DNA of 64,000 nt from Candidatus Aminicenantes bacterium (GTDB lineage: Bacteria > Acidobacteriota > Aminicenantia > JAMOAD01): contig JAMOVU010000070.1 in assembly GCA_027067555.1 (NCBI GenBank), forward strand, positions 63,461-127,460, read 5' to 3'. Below, piece after piece: positions 1 through 9,396 of the stretch; positions within the stretch are counted from its first letter, which is position 1; the number at the start of each line of letters is the position of its first letter. Below the pieces are notes generated by a model. It was given only the letters and a program-made list of their open reading frames with translations, made no database searches and was not told the origin of the DNA. The position numbers and the translations under genes were made by a program.

Positions 1-1722
1 GATTATATAGCCTTCTTCGGTAGATACAATTATGATTATTATCTTCTTTTTTACTCCTCTATAGGTAAATTTTTAAAAAGGGTAAAACTTAAGAATTTAC
101 ACGAGCCGAGCGGAATAGAAATTTCACCGGATGATAAATATCTTGTTTTTTCAGCTATAAGAGATGCAAAAAGGGATCTCTTTCTCTACAGAATAAATGA
201 TGGAAAAATCACAAGGCTTACCAACTCCATAGATTATGAATTTTCAGCATCCTTTTCAAAAGATGGTAAATATATTGTTTTTGATAGAATGATAGGGAGG
301 TATCATCAGCTATTCCTTTTAAACCTTGAAACAAAAGAAGAAAAGCAGCTAACTTTTGAAAAAACATACCATATAAACCCTGTATTTAAAGATGAAAAGA
401 ATATTCTCTTCTCATACTATTATAAAGATGCATATAATTTGGCTATTTTGAACATAGAAACAGGAAAGATAAAAATTCTAACAAACCTTTCCACCGGAGT
501 ATTTTATCCTCAAATAAAAAACAATAATATCTATTACTTAGGGTATTCACACAATAACTTCAGTTTATATCGTGCAGATAAATTGAAAGAAATCATGGTT
601 ACTACAGAAAAAAATACTCTGGGAAGAAGAGAAGAGAAATTTATTATAAATAAAAATAAAATAAGAAAATATAAGAAATTCGAAGATATAGTGGTAAGTG
701 GTCTTCCCAGCGTGGGTTTTGCCGTAGCAACGGATGGAACAACTTACGGAGGAGCTTATTTAAACTTTAGTGATACTTTAAACAATGATAATATTACAAT
801 TCTTGCATATTCAGTAATGGGGTTTAAAAATTATACCTTAAGCTATGTTAATCTCGGACATAGATTAAATTATGGAGTCCAATTATTTTCAAATACATAT
901 TTTTATTATCTGCCTTATCAATACTGGGCTGCTGATTTTTACGGGTATTACTCTTATAAAAATGCATTGGCAACAAGAAAAATATTGGGCGCAACTCTCT
1001 CAGGGATATATCCATTTAGCAAATTTCACAGGTTATCTTTTGATACAGGGCTCTATTATCAGAAAGAAGATCTTTATTATTTTACAATGAATAGTCCCCG
1101 AAATCCATTTTTCAACGGTTATTCAATACCTTTTACTTTATCTTTGACCGGCGAAACAACTGCTTTCAGGGGATACGGCCCTTACGAAGGGTATACCTAT
1201 AATCTATCTTTTACAAAAACAATTCCTTTTTCAGATAGCTGGAGAGATGCCTATGCCTTTCAAATAGATCTAAGGAAATATCTTCCTTTAGGATATGATA
1301 CTCTATTTGCCTTCAGAGGGTTCGGGGCTTTCAGCGGAGGGAAAAATCCCTATATCTTCTATGGGGGCGGTAACAATGATATAAGATCAACTTATTATTT
1401 CTCGGTTGTTGGAAATAATTACTTTCACTTGAATGCTGAATTCAGATTTCCTCTTGTCCATATTGCTTTAACCCCTTTGGGCCTTTTAGGACCCGTAAGA
1501 GGAGTCTTTTTTGCAGATTTAGGAGGAGCGTGGTTTAATGATGAAAAATTTGAGTTCTGGGATTCATTTAAAAATGGATTAAAAGATCCTGTAGGCTCCA
1601 TTGGTTATGGTATAGAATTCTTTTTCGGAGGATATCCGATTCACATAGAATGGGTTTATAGAACAAATTTTGTAGATTATTCATCTCCTGAAGTCAGGAT
1701 GTGGATTGGATTTGATTTTTAA
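1..1722 (+). CDS. Outer-membrane protein, 5'-partial (continues upstream of the window): TolB-like PD40 beta-propeller repeats fused to an Omp85/D15 'bacterial surface antigen' C-terminal beta-barrel
   Basis: Frame 1 stays open from nt 1, so the M at 289 is internal. PD40-type repeats are present (SPDDKYLVFSAIRDAKRDLFLYRINDGKITRLTN; SKDGKYIVFDR). The C-terminal half is rich in alternating aromatic/Gly beta-strands and ends ...VRMWIGFDF with a terminal Phe, typical of Omp85-family barrels. Confidence 0.55.
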   Translation, partial: DYIAFFGRYNYDYYLLFYSSIGKFLKRVKLKNLHEPSGIEISPDDKYLVFSAIRDAKRDLFLYRINDGKITRLTNSIDYEFSASFSKDGKYIVFDRMIGRYHQLFLLNLETKEEKQLTFEKTYHINPVFKDEKNILFSYYYKDAYNLAILNIETGKIKILTNLSTGVFYPQIKNNNIYYLGYSHNNFSLYRADKLKEIMVTTEKNTLGRREEKFIINKNKIRKYKKFEDIVVSGLPSVGFAVATDGTTYGGAYLNFSDTLNNDNITILAYSVMGFKNYTLSYVNLGHRLNYGVQLFSNTYFYYLPYQYWAADFYGYYSYKNALATRKILGATLSGIYPFSKFHRLSFDTGLYYQKEDLYYFTMNSPRNPFFNGYSIPFTLSLTGETTAFRGYGPYEGYTYNLSFTKTIPFSDSWRDAYAFQIDLRKYLPLGYDTLFAFRGFGAFSGGKNPYIFYGGGNNDIRSTYYFSVVGNNYFHLNAEFRFPLVHIALTPLGLLGPVRGVFFADLGGAWFNDEKFEFWDSFKNGLKDPVGSIGYGIEFFFGGYPIHIEWVYRTNFVDYSSPEVRMWIGFDF

Positions 1723-2912
1723 TCTTCCTCTTCTTTTTTCAGCTCTCTTATAATAATTTTCTTGATACTCTTTTCTGAAACTTCCTTTATTTCAAACTCA
1801 TAATTATCAATCGTTATCTTCTCCCCTCTAACAGGAAACTTACCTAATATATAATTAATCATCCCTCCAATTGTAACAGCAGAGTGATCAACTTCAAATT
1901 CTGTATCCAACAAATCTTCTATCTCCTCTATCGGGGTCTCTCCCGAAACAATATAATATCCATCTCTCTTTTCTATTGTAATTTCCTCTTTTTCGTATTC
2001 ATCATAAATTTCCCCCACTATTTCTTCCAAAATATCTTCAACTGTTACAACTCCCGAGATTCCTCCGTACTCATCCGTAACTATTGCAAGTTTTTGCTTT
2101 TTTCTCTGAAGTAATTTCAAAAGATCTGAAATCCTCATATATTCTGTAATATACAATGGTTTTCTTATAAGTTCTCTTGTTTTTTTCAAAATTATTGTAT
2201 CCTGCCCCCAATATCTGAAAACATCTTTGGCAATAACAATTCCAACTATATTATCTATTCTCTCTCTATATACAATTATTCTGGATTTCTTTTTTTCTAT
2301 TATTAATTTTTTTAAATGCCCTAAACTCATTCCCTCTTCAATACCTATAATATTTATTCGTGGAGTCATGATTTCTCTCACTGTTCTCTCTTTAAAGTAA
2401 ATTATTTTCTCAACCATTTCCTCTTCTTCTTCTGTAATTATGTTCTTCTCCTTTCCTTCCAACAAAAAAGCTTCTATCCTTTCTTCTTTTTCTTCTTCAG
2501 AAGCTGGAAGATTTTCCTCTTCTTTTGGAAACACTTTTGATAGCACTGCCTGTAATGGAAGCAAAGCACTAACAAATTTATAGGCTCTTTCTTTTCTTAT
2601 AAGAAAAGGAGGTATGAGATATATAAAGAAAAAAGAGATAATTATGATAGCAACACTATCCTTGTAGGGAATTTTGGAAAAAGTGAAAAACATAAAACTT
2701 ACAAGGGACAATAGAAAGAAAAAGTTTTTTAAATTCTTTATTATAATAATGTAAAATTCAAGGTCAGAAAGATTCCTATACTTTTCTTCATCCTTTTCAA
2801 CAACAAGTTGAAGATATTTCCACTTCTTTATCTCTAAAAAAGATGACTCCCACAGGGAAAAGATAAAAGAAATCAGTAAAATCAAAGATTCAATAACCAA
2901 ATATTTATCCAT
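1719..2912 (-). CDS. CNNM/CorC-HlyC family membrane protein (DUF21 TM domain, tandem CBS, C-terminal CorC_HlyC transporter-associated domain); putative Mg/Co efflux or hemolysin-like
   Basis: N-terminal hydrophobic DUF21-like segment. CBS region reads TVREIMTPRINIIGI...RIIVYRERIDNIVGIVIAKDV. C-terminal CorC_HlyC-like region reads GYYIVSGETPIEEIEDLLDTEF...GGMINYILGKFP. It sits directly downstream of ybeY as in many genomes. Confidence 0.8.
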   Translation of the reverse strand: MDKYLVIESLILLISFIFSLWESSFLEIKKWKYLQLVVEKDEEKYRNLSDLEFYIIIIKNLKNFFFLLSLVSFMFFTFSKIPYKDSVAIIIISFFFIYLIPPFLIRKERAYKFVSALLPLQAVLSKVFPKEEENLPASEEEKEERIEAFLLEGKEKNIITEEEEEMVEKIIYFKERTVREIMTPRINIIGIEEGMSLGHLKKLIIEKKKSRIIVYRERIDNIVGIVIAKDVFRYWGQDTIILKKTRELIRKPLYITEYMRISDLLKLLQRKKQKLAIVTDEYGGISGVVTVEDILEEIVGEIYDEYEKEEITIEKRDGYYIVSGETPIEEIEDLLDTEFEVDHSAVTIGGMINYILGKFPVRGEKITIDNYEFEIKEVSEKSIKKIIIRELKKEEED

Positions 2913-3336
2913 CTCCTTCTATAAACTCCTTTAATAATTTTTCCTGAAGCTCTATCATTGGCGAATCTTTTTCTTTATGCTCATACCCTAAAAGATGCAA
3001 AAAACCGTGGATAATTACTCTCACGAGCTCCTCATTAAAAGGAACTTTCTCTCTTATTGAATTTTTATAAACATTTGGTATGGATATTATAAGATCTCCG
3101 AGATAATTATCTCCAAAGGCTTCAAAACTAAGGATATCAGTGGATTCATCTTTGTTTCTATACTTTTTATTATAATTTCTAATAAATTTTTCCCCGGAAA
3201 AAACAATGCTTAAATTTTTAACTTTGCTCCCCGTTTTTTCTACCAAAAATTTAATTAATCTTTTAATCTTGCTTTTATTTACCTTATATTTTCTGGTTCT
3301 ATTTATTATTATCATCTTTCTCCTTCTTAACTTCAT
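2905..3336 (-). CDS. ybeY: Endoribonuclease YbeY (rRNA maturation factor)
   Basis: Zinc-binding signature HGFLHLLGYEH (HxxxHxxGxxH). About 140 aa. Conserved position between the PhoH-side genes and corC. The start may instead be the internal M at residue 8, which would reduce the overlap with the upstream gene. Confidence 0.85.
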   Translation of the reverse strand: MKLRRRKMIIINRTRKYKVNKSKIKRLIKFLVEKTGSKVKNLSIVFSGEKFIRNYNKKYRNKDESTDILSFEAFGDNYLGDLIISIPNVYKNSIREKVPFNEELVRVIIHGFLHLLGYEHKEKDSPMIELQEKLLKEFIEGDG

Positions 3337-5596
3337 TAAAATTAAAACCGGGATAAGAGATTCTTCCGTGATAGATATTCTTCAGTGCCTCTAAAAATGA
3401 TTCAGAAATAATCTTTATGTCTTTCAAGCTAAGATCGGACTCATTTAATTGATCATCCTCAATTATTTTTGAAAAAATCTTTTTTATTAGATTACTAAAA
3501 GTCTCTTCATTTATTTCAGTCAAAGATTTAGCAGCAGCTTCCACAGAATCAGCTAACATAAGAATCGCTGTTTCTTTTGTTTGTGGTTTTGGTCCCGGGT
3601 ATCTGAAAAACTCTTCATCTATCTTTAGCTCTTCATTTTCTTTATCTCCTTTTTCACTATTTTCTTTTTTCTTTTTCTCAAGCTCTTTATTGTAAAAAAA
3701 AGTAATAAGAGAAGTTCCGTGATGCTGTTTTATCCCATCAATAATCATATCCGGAAGCCCATATTTTTTGGCAAGGGTCACTCCATCAGAGATATGGTTT
3801 TTTATATAAACAACACTTGTTGTAGGAGAAAGTTTATTATGTATATTTTCTTCATTTGATGGGATATTCTCAATAAAATAATTTGGTCTTAACATTTTCC
3901 CTATATCATGGTATAAAGCCTGACATCTAACCAAAGTAGGATTAATTCCAATATCCTTTGCAGCTTGCTCAGCTAAGGAAGCCACCATTAAAGAATGGTG
4001 ATATGTTCCGGGAGCCTTTAATGCCATCTCCCTGAAAATTGGAAGATCAAGGTTAGAGAGCTCAAGTAATTTTAAATCTGACACCACTTTAAAAACACTC
4101 TCTTCAAATGGAAGAAAAGCAGTAACAAATATTGCCACAAATATAGTATCAACTAAAAGAGCTATAGAGACAGAGAAAAGATTAAAATCAATAACAGAGG
4201 AAGCAATAATTTTACCAAAAAAAACTACAATTATACCTGTTGGTAAAATATAATACAGCGAAAGCTTAATCGGCATGCTTCTTTTACTTTCCCTGCTTAC
4301 TTTAATCTTCAAAATAGGAATAAAAGAAGTAATAAAGATAAAAAACAACAAATAATAGTTTTTCACAAGGAAAATTCCTACGAGAGCAACAAAAAGGAGG
4401 ATAAAAACCACCGCCACCTCAATTCCTACCAAAAAAGCAAGAATAATCCCCCCCGCTTGAAAAGGGACAAAAAAATGAACTATTTTTTGAGTAAACAAAA
4501 GGTTCGAAGCTCCTGATCTTTCCAAAACATCAACAAGCATCAAGATACTTCTATATAAAAGCACAAAAAATACAAGATTTGTAAAGGCTATGTGAATTAT
4601 CTTTTTTTCACTTAAATACCTTTTTTCAAAAAAAGTAAGGATAAAAGATGAAAGAAACAAAATAAGCAGAATAAAAAGAAAAGAAGTTCCTATCAGAGAA
4701 AAAGGCTTTCTTTTGTGCTCTTGAAGAGATCTCAATTTTTTTAATATATCGCATGTCTTTTTATCAACTTCATCTCCATTTCTAACTATAATTCTTCCTT
4801 TCTTAATAATATTGTACACCGGAGTTAAGTTTTTAGCTGTATTTTCCCTTAAAACTTTAGTTTTACTCTCATTTATAAGATACATAGGAGAATACACAGT
4901 GAGAATAATTTTTTCTATTAAGACACTTTCTTTTAAACTAAAACCCTTTTTTTTACTTATCCTCTTTACAAATGCTTTTATATCCCTTTCTCCCCATGTT
5001 TCTGAAAGTTTCAAAACACTTTTTGTGTTTCCCTTTGTAATAATAGCTTCCTCTTTTCCCTCTCCAATCAATTTATTTTTATCTCTTATAATATCTTTTG
5101 AATAAATGACATCAATTATTTCCTTAACAATATTTTTAATTTTTTCTCTTTTGCTTTTTCTTGAAAATAATCTTATATCCTCTTTACTAAGAGTTATTCC
5201 AAACTCCTCATCTATTTTTTTATAATTTTTCTTTGGAGCCCCTAAATATGAAAAAAGTCTGTTAACTCTTTCCAAGGCCGTCGCCTTTGAATTGGAAACA
5301 TAATCATAAACATAGGGAGCTTTTTTTAGCTCTCCTTCTTTTAATCTTTCAGTGGCCTCAACATTTATGACTTTAAAATCAAAAGGCGCCTTTATGTCCT
5401 TTTTGGCTATATCTCCCGGTTTATACTCTTTAATCTGAGGAGAATAATTAAAAAAGATAACAAATGTTAAAATTATAGAATAAAAGATGGAAAATGCGAA
5501 TTTGTAAGAAAAAATCAGATCTTTCAAATTTGTTTCTTTAGAAGAAATCTGCTCTCCTATTTCCTTAATCTTATCTTTTGCTTTCATATCTTTCAT
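3299..5596 (-). CDS. 7TM receptor with intracellular HD hydrolase domain (7TMR-HDED + 7TM + HD; PgpH/YqfF-like, candidate cyclic-di-AMP phosphodiesterase)
   Basis: It has a large N-terminal extracytoplasmic region and a central block of about 7 hydrophobic helices. The C-terminal HD domain reads [35 protein letters not shown]. It lies between phoH and ybeY, as yqfF/pgpH does in Firmicutes. Confidence 0.75.
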   Translation of the reverse strand: MKDMKAKDKIKEIGEQISSKETNLKDLIFSYKFAFSIFYSIILTFVIFFNYSPQIKEYKPGDIAKKDIKAPFDFKVINVEATERLKEGELKKAPYVYDYVSNSKATALERVNRLFSYLGAPKKNYKKIDEEFGITLSKEDIRLFSRKSKREKIKNIVKEIIDVIYSKDIIRDKNKLIGEGKEEAIITKGNTKSVLKLSETWGERDIKAFVKRISKKKGFSLKESVLIEKIILTVYSPMYLINESKTKVLRENTAKNLTPVYNIIKKGRIIVRNGDEVDKKTCDILKKLRSLQEHKRKPFSLIGTSFLFILLILFLSSFILTFFEKRYLSEKKIIHIAFTNLVFFVLLYRSILMLVDVLERSGASNLLFTQKIVHFFVPFQAGGIILAFLVGIEVAVVFILLFVALVGIFLVKNYYLLFFIFITSFIPILKIKVSRESKRSMPIKLSLYYILPTGIIVVFFGKIIASSVIDFNLFSVSIALLVDTIFVAIFVTAFLPFEESVFKVVSDLKLLELSNLDLPIFREMALKAPGTYHHSLMVASLAEQAAKDIGINPTLVRCQALYHDIGKMLRPNYFIENIPSNEENIHNKLSPTTSVVYIKNHISDGVTLAKKYGLPDMIIDGIKQHHGTSLITFFYNKELEKKKKENSEKGDKENEELKIDEEFFRYPGPKPQTKETAILMLADSVEAAAKSLTEINEETFSNLIKKIFSKIIEDDQLNESDLSLKDIKIISESFLEALKNIYHGRISYPGFNFNEVKKEKDDNNK

Positions 5597-6530
5597 ATGC
5601 CTTTATAATATCTTTTACAAGGCGATGCCTTACAACATCCTTTTCTGTAAAATACACCATTTCTATTTTTTTAATCCCCTGTAAAATCTTAATAGCTTCA
5701 ACAAGACCGGATCTAACATTAGAGGGAAGATCAATCTGGGTAATATCGCCTGTAATTACAGCTTTTGAGCCAATCCCAAATCTTGTCAAAAACATTTTCA
5801 TCTGCTCGTGTGTGGTATTTTGAGCTTCATCCAAAATAACAAAAGCATCACTTAGTGTCCTTCCTCTCATATAGGCTAATGGAGCAATTTCTATGGTTTC
5901 ATCTTCCAGAAAATTTTTCGCTTTTACAGGATCTAATAAATCAAAGATTGCATCATAAAGAGGTCTCAAATAAGGGTTTACTTTCTGGGGTATATCACCC
6001 GGTAAAAAACCTAATTTTTCTCCCGCTTCAACCACAGGCCTTGTTAAAATAATTCTCTTAACCTGCTTTTTTCCAAGACAGGATAGAGCATAAGCCATTG
6101 CGAGATAGGTTTTTCCTGTTCCTGCAGGTCCTATAGAGAACACTATATCATTTTCTTTCATCGCTTTAATATAATGATGTTGATTAAAAGTTTTCGGTTT
6201 TACCTTTTTTCTATTAAAAGGAGAAAGTAAAGTTTCCTTTGATACAGAATCTAATCTGAAATTTTCATCATCAGGAAGATTGTCAAGCAATTTTAAAAAT
6301 TCTTCATCTTCCAAATCTTTACCTTCTTCAAAAAGTTCACTTATTCCTAAAAAGAAATTTTTAGCAAATTCTATGTCATCTCTATTTCCGGAAATTATAA
6401 TTTTTTCCTTATCTCCATTTCCTTCAAGCTTGATCTCAACTCTTAATCTATCTTTTATGTTTTTTTTATGTTTGGAGAGTATTGAATTAAACAGTTTCCT
6501 GTTTCTATACGGTAGGTCAACCTCGCTCAT
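5571..6530 (-). CDS. phoH: PhoH-like ATPase
   Basis: Walker [17 protein letters not shown], followed by conserved PhoH core ([30 protein letters not shown]). 319 aa. Confidence 0.85.
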   Translation of the reverse strand: MSEVDLPYRNRKLFNSILSKHKKNIKDRLRVEIKLEGNGDKEKIIISGNRDDIEFAKNFFLGISELFEEGKDLEDEEFLKLLDNLPDDENFRLDSVSKETLLSPFNRKKVKPKTFNQHHYIKAMKENDIVFSIGPAGTGKTYLAMAYALSCLGKKQVKRIILTRPVVEAGEKLGFLPGDIPQKVNPYLRPLYDAIFDLLDPVKAKNFLEDETIEIAPLAYMRGRTLSDAFVILDEAQNTTHEQMKMFLTRFGIGSKAVITGDITQIDLPSNVRSGLVEAIKILQGIKKIEMVYFTEKDVVRHRLVKDIIKAYERYESKR

Positions 6531-6604
6531 CTCTATATTTCCTATTATTCTTCATTTTAAATAGTTTAACATTTTAGAAAAGTGTTTTCAAGAAAACATG
6601 CGCA

Positions 6605-7186
6605 TTACCACCAGGAATGCTCTTTTATTCCCTTCTGAGAAGAAAAGAAAATCATATTCCTCACAATTCTTTTAAGATACTCCTCCGTCTCTCTGTCTTC
6701 ATCTTTACCTGAGTAATAGGTCATTCCGAAAGGTAAAACAAAAAGCCCCATGTGAATCAAGGGCACTATAATATTCGTAATCGCACTCTGGCTTCCATCT
6801 TCAGCAGCTGCAGATATTACTGCAACAGGCTTTCCCTGAATTATCTTATTCCTCGTATTCTCTAATGAAGTCATCCTTTCAATTAAATTCCACATAAGAG
6901 CTGATGGAGCATACCAGTGAACAGGTGTAGCGAATATTAATCCATCAGAACCTTGCATCTTTTTTGCTATAAACTCAAAATCATCTCCCAAAGAATAGCA
7001 TCTTTCAGGAGTACATTTTTTAAGATCTTCCAAAAGACAGGCTTCACATGTTTTTATCTTATATTCCTTTAAAAGAAGGATGTCCAATAAATGACCACTT
7101 TTTTCAAACTCCGACTTAAGAATATCAATCATCTTAGAATTTAAGCCATTTTCTCTATAGGAACTGTTAATTGCGAGAAACTTCAT
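6605..7186 (-). CDS. Flavodoxin-like fold NADPH-dependent FMN reductase; possible iron-sulfur flavoprotein (Isf-like)
   Basis: N-terminus MKFLAINSSYRENGLNSKMI is typical of the NADPH-dependent FMN reductase fold. A Cys cluster CEACLLEDLKKCTPERC follows, reminiscent of the compact Cys motif of Isf proteins. A weak AT-rich hairpin TGTTTTCaaGAAAACA lies just downstream at about 6581-6596. Confidence 0.5.
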   Translation of the reverse strand: MKFLAINSSYRENGLNSKMIDILKSEFEKSGHLLDILLLKEYKIKTCEACLLEDLKKCTPERCYSLGDDFEFIAKKMQGSDGLIFATPVHWYAPSALMWNLIERMTSLENTRNKIIQGKPVAVISAAAEDGSQSAITNIIVPLIHMGLFVLPFGMTYYSGKDEDRETEEYLKRIVRNMIFFSSQKGIKEHSWW

Positions 7187-9351
7187 TTTCCTTTTTCCTC
7201 CTTTTTCTTTTTTCCTTTTTTCTTTTTCTTTTTTTTCTCCTTTTTCCCTATAAAATCAACAGGAAGAAAATAAATTTTTTGTCTGTAAATATCTACTGAA
7301 GCTATTAATACCTTTATTCTTTCTCCAATGCTAAATCCCTTTTTTGTTCTCGAACCTGTTATTTTCAGCCTTTCTTTGGTGGGAACATAAAAATCATCCG
7401 TAAGCTCATAGTATGGAATAGAGCCTTCAACAAAAAAATCCTCCAATTCAACAATAATTGCAGATTGGGTAAAATTCGTAATTCTTCCGTAAAGTTCTTC
7501 GCCCACCTTATCTTTCATAAATCTGATGATTCTCCATCTCACAAGCTCCTTTTCTGCTTCATCCGCTTTTCTCTCTGTTTTTGAAGTCCAGTTACCTATC
7601 TCCTCCAATTCTGCTTCAGAATAAAAAACCTTCTTTTTCTTCTTTCTGGTAATAGCCTCTTTCACTGTTCGATGAATGATAAGATCCGGATATCTTCTAA
7701 TAGGAGAAGTAAAGTGGCAGTAATTTTCTTTTTGCAGGCCAAAGTGCCCCTTGTTTACCGGACTATATTTTGCAAGTTTCATTGATTTAAGGATTAAAAG
7801 ACTTACAAAAGTCTCCTCTTTTTTTCCACTAACCTTATCAATAATCTTTTGAAGCTGCCGTGGGATATTACCTTCCTTAGGCTCAAATTCATATCCCAAT
7901 TTACTTAAAATTTCTTTAAGATGATTTAATTTAATAGGATCAGGCTCTTCATGAATCCTGAAAAGCACAGGCACATCTTGCTCCATTAAAAATTCAGCAA
8001 TTGTTTCATTTGCCACAAGCATGAACTCTTCTATAATCCTATGAGAAAAAAGCCTTATGGCAGCCGAAATTCCTACAAGATTATCCTTCTCATACAAAAG
8101 AATTGGCTCCGGAAGATCAAAATCCAGAGAACCTTTTTTTCTCCTTTTTTTAATAAGAATATTAGCAAGCTCTTTCATAATTAAAAGAGATTTTTTTATC
8201 TCTTTATCAACATCAGTTATCTGGCTATCAATAATCCCCTGAGCCTCCTTATAAGTAAGCCTTTTTTTACTTTTAATAATCGAAGGGAAAACCTTATAAT
8301 TGAGCACATCGCCTTTTTTATTTATCCTCATCTCAACAGAAAGAGTATATCTATCCACCCCCTCCTTTAAAGAGCATAGATCTGATGAAAGTTCATGCGG
8401 AAGCATTGGGATTACTAAGCCGGGAAAATAAACAGAATTTCCCCTCCTAAAAGCTTCCTTGTCAAGAGGAGAATTCCTTTTTACATAATGAGAAACATCA
8501 GCTATATGAACACCCAAAATATAATAACCATCATCTTTTTTTATTGAAACTGCATCATCAAAATCCTTTGCATCTTCTCCATCAATTGTAAATATAATCT
8601 CATTTCTTAAATCAGCTCTATCCTTGCTCTTTTTTACTTCTCTATTCAAATTTGAAACAAAACTATTAACTTTCTCAGGAAAACTTTCTTGCAAAGAATA
8701 CTTTGCCTTAATAACTTCAATATCAACGCCCTCTTCATCCGGGAAACCAAAAACTCTTGTTATTTTTTCAATATAAATTTCATTCCTTTTTTCTTTAAGC
8801 TCCCCTTCAATTAACATCCCAGGTAATACGGAGACACCTGCCAAACTCCTTATTTCAAACTCATCATCTATTTTTGTATCAAGAGGAATAAGATATGCTC
8901 TCAATCTTTCAAGATTAAAATAGCCTATCATTTTCTTATACTTTCTTTTGGAGATTGCTATGATTTCCCCTTCTCTTTTACCTCCTCTTTCGTAAAAAAG
9001 AGCTTCTACAATATCACCATTCATTGCGTTTTTTGTCTTACCGGGAGGAATAAAAACATCTTTACTTCCATCATCTGGTATAACAAACCCAAACCCTCCC
9101 TTTGCCGCTGAATATTCTCCTCTCAATAAATTCTTAGACCTCTTAACCAAATACCTATTTCTATCCCTATATATAGCCCCTTCTTTTAAAAGTTCCTTAA
9201 GGGTATCTTTCAAAACTTTTGAATGAAATGGAAGATTTCTTTCTTTCAACTCTTTAGAGATAGAAGAATATTTTATCCCCTTATCCCTTTCCCCAACAAT
9301 TTCAAGAACATTTTTAATTAAATTGCTCTTTTTTAAATTCTTTTCTTTCAT
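7183..9351 (-). CDS. rnr: Ribonuclease R (RNB-family 3'-5' exoribonuclease) with lysine-rich C-terminal tail
   Basis: N-terminal wHTH/cold-shock OB region. RNB catalytic core reads FTIDGEDAKDFDDAVS...RRGNSVYFP. Then an S1-like domain. C-terminus is ...KKEKKKKKKKGKKKKEEKGK. Confidence 0.85.
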   Translation of the reverse strand: MKEKNLKKSNLIKNVLEIVGERDKGIKYSSISKELKERNLPFHSKVLKDTLKELLKEGAIYRDRNRYLVKRSKNLLRGEYSAAKGGFGFVIPDDGSKDVFIPPGKTKNAMNGDIVEALFYERGGKREGEIIAISKRKYKKMIGYFNLERLRAYLIPLDTKIDDEFEIRSLAGVSVLPGMLIEGELKEKRNEIYIEKITRVFGFPDEEGVDIEVIKAKYSLQESFPEKVNSFVSNLNREVKKSKDRADLRNEIIFTIDGEDAKDFDDAVSIKKDDGYYILGVHIADVSHYVKRNSPLDKEAFRRGNSVYFPGLVIPMLPHELSSDLCSLKEGVDRYTLSVEMRINKKGDVLNYKVFPSIIKSKKRLTYKEAQGIIDSQITDVDKEIKKSLLIMKELANILIKKRRKKGSLDFDLPEPILLYEKDNLVGISAAIRLFSHRIIEEFMLVANETIAEFLMEQDVPVLFRIHEEPDPIKLNHLKEILSKLGYEFEPKEGNIPRQLQKIIDKVSGKKEETFVSLLILKSMKLAKYSPVNKGHFGLQKENYCHFTSPIRRYPDLIIHRTVKEAITRKKKKKVFYSEAELEEIGNWTSKTERKADEAEKELVRWRIIRFMKDKVGEELYGRITNFTQSAIIVELEDFFVEGSIPYYELTDDFYVPTKERLKITGSRTKKGFSIGERIKVLIASVDIYRQKIYFLPVDFIGKKEKKKKKKKGKKKKEEKGK

Positions 9352-9396
9352 TTGATATACTTTAGCACAAATTTCCTTGTTTTTCTATCTTAATAA

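Noticed and set aside
872-1090. Many short ORFs of 60-125 aa lie nested or antisense inside the long genes: 872..1090, 1884..2114, 3206..3394, 4812..5105, 5578..5823, 5855..6052, 6280..6564, 8057..8242, 9606..9812, 10963..11187, 12844..13080, 15470..15652, 17241..17426, 17438..17731, 18147..18383, 18250..18600, 18607..18897, 19495..19872, 20259..20444, 20355..20597, 21244..21495, 23266..23454, 23611..23814, 24165..24482, 24800..24985, 25141..25341, 25212..25394, 25261..25605, 25985..26212, 26121..26309, 26259..26501, 27284..27490, 36968..37165, 37424..37675, 38264..38491, 38296..38523, 38625..38807, 40128..40370, 40767..40973, 41157..41447, 41522..41713, 42341..42532, 43284..43490, 43921..44253, 44928..45146, 47952..48137, 49416..49637, 49719..50060, 51377..51577, 52801..53064, 53186..53434, 54149..54613, 54675..54935, 54932..55132, 55628..55921, 55737..55976, 56359..56631, 57588..57797, 58430..58621, 59063..59341, 59957..60148, 60478..60807 and 60750..61016.
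   Set aside because: All lie within and overlap well-supported longer genes on the same or the opposite strand. They have Phe/Leu/Ile-rich low-complexity translations, as expected from reading AT-rich or poly-Lys-coding DNA out of frame. None has a motif or RBS, so I treat them as ORF-caller artefacts.
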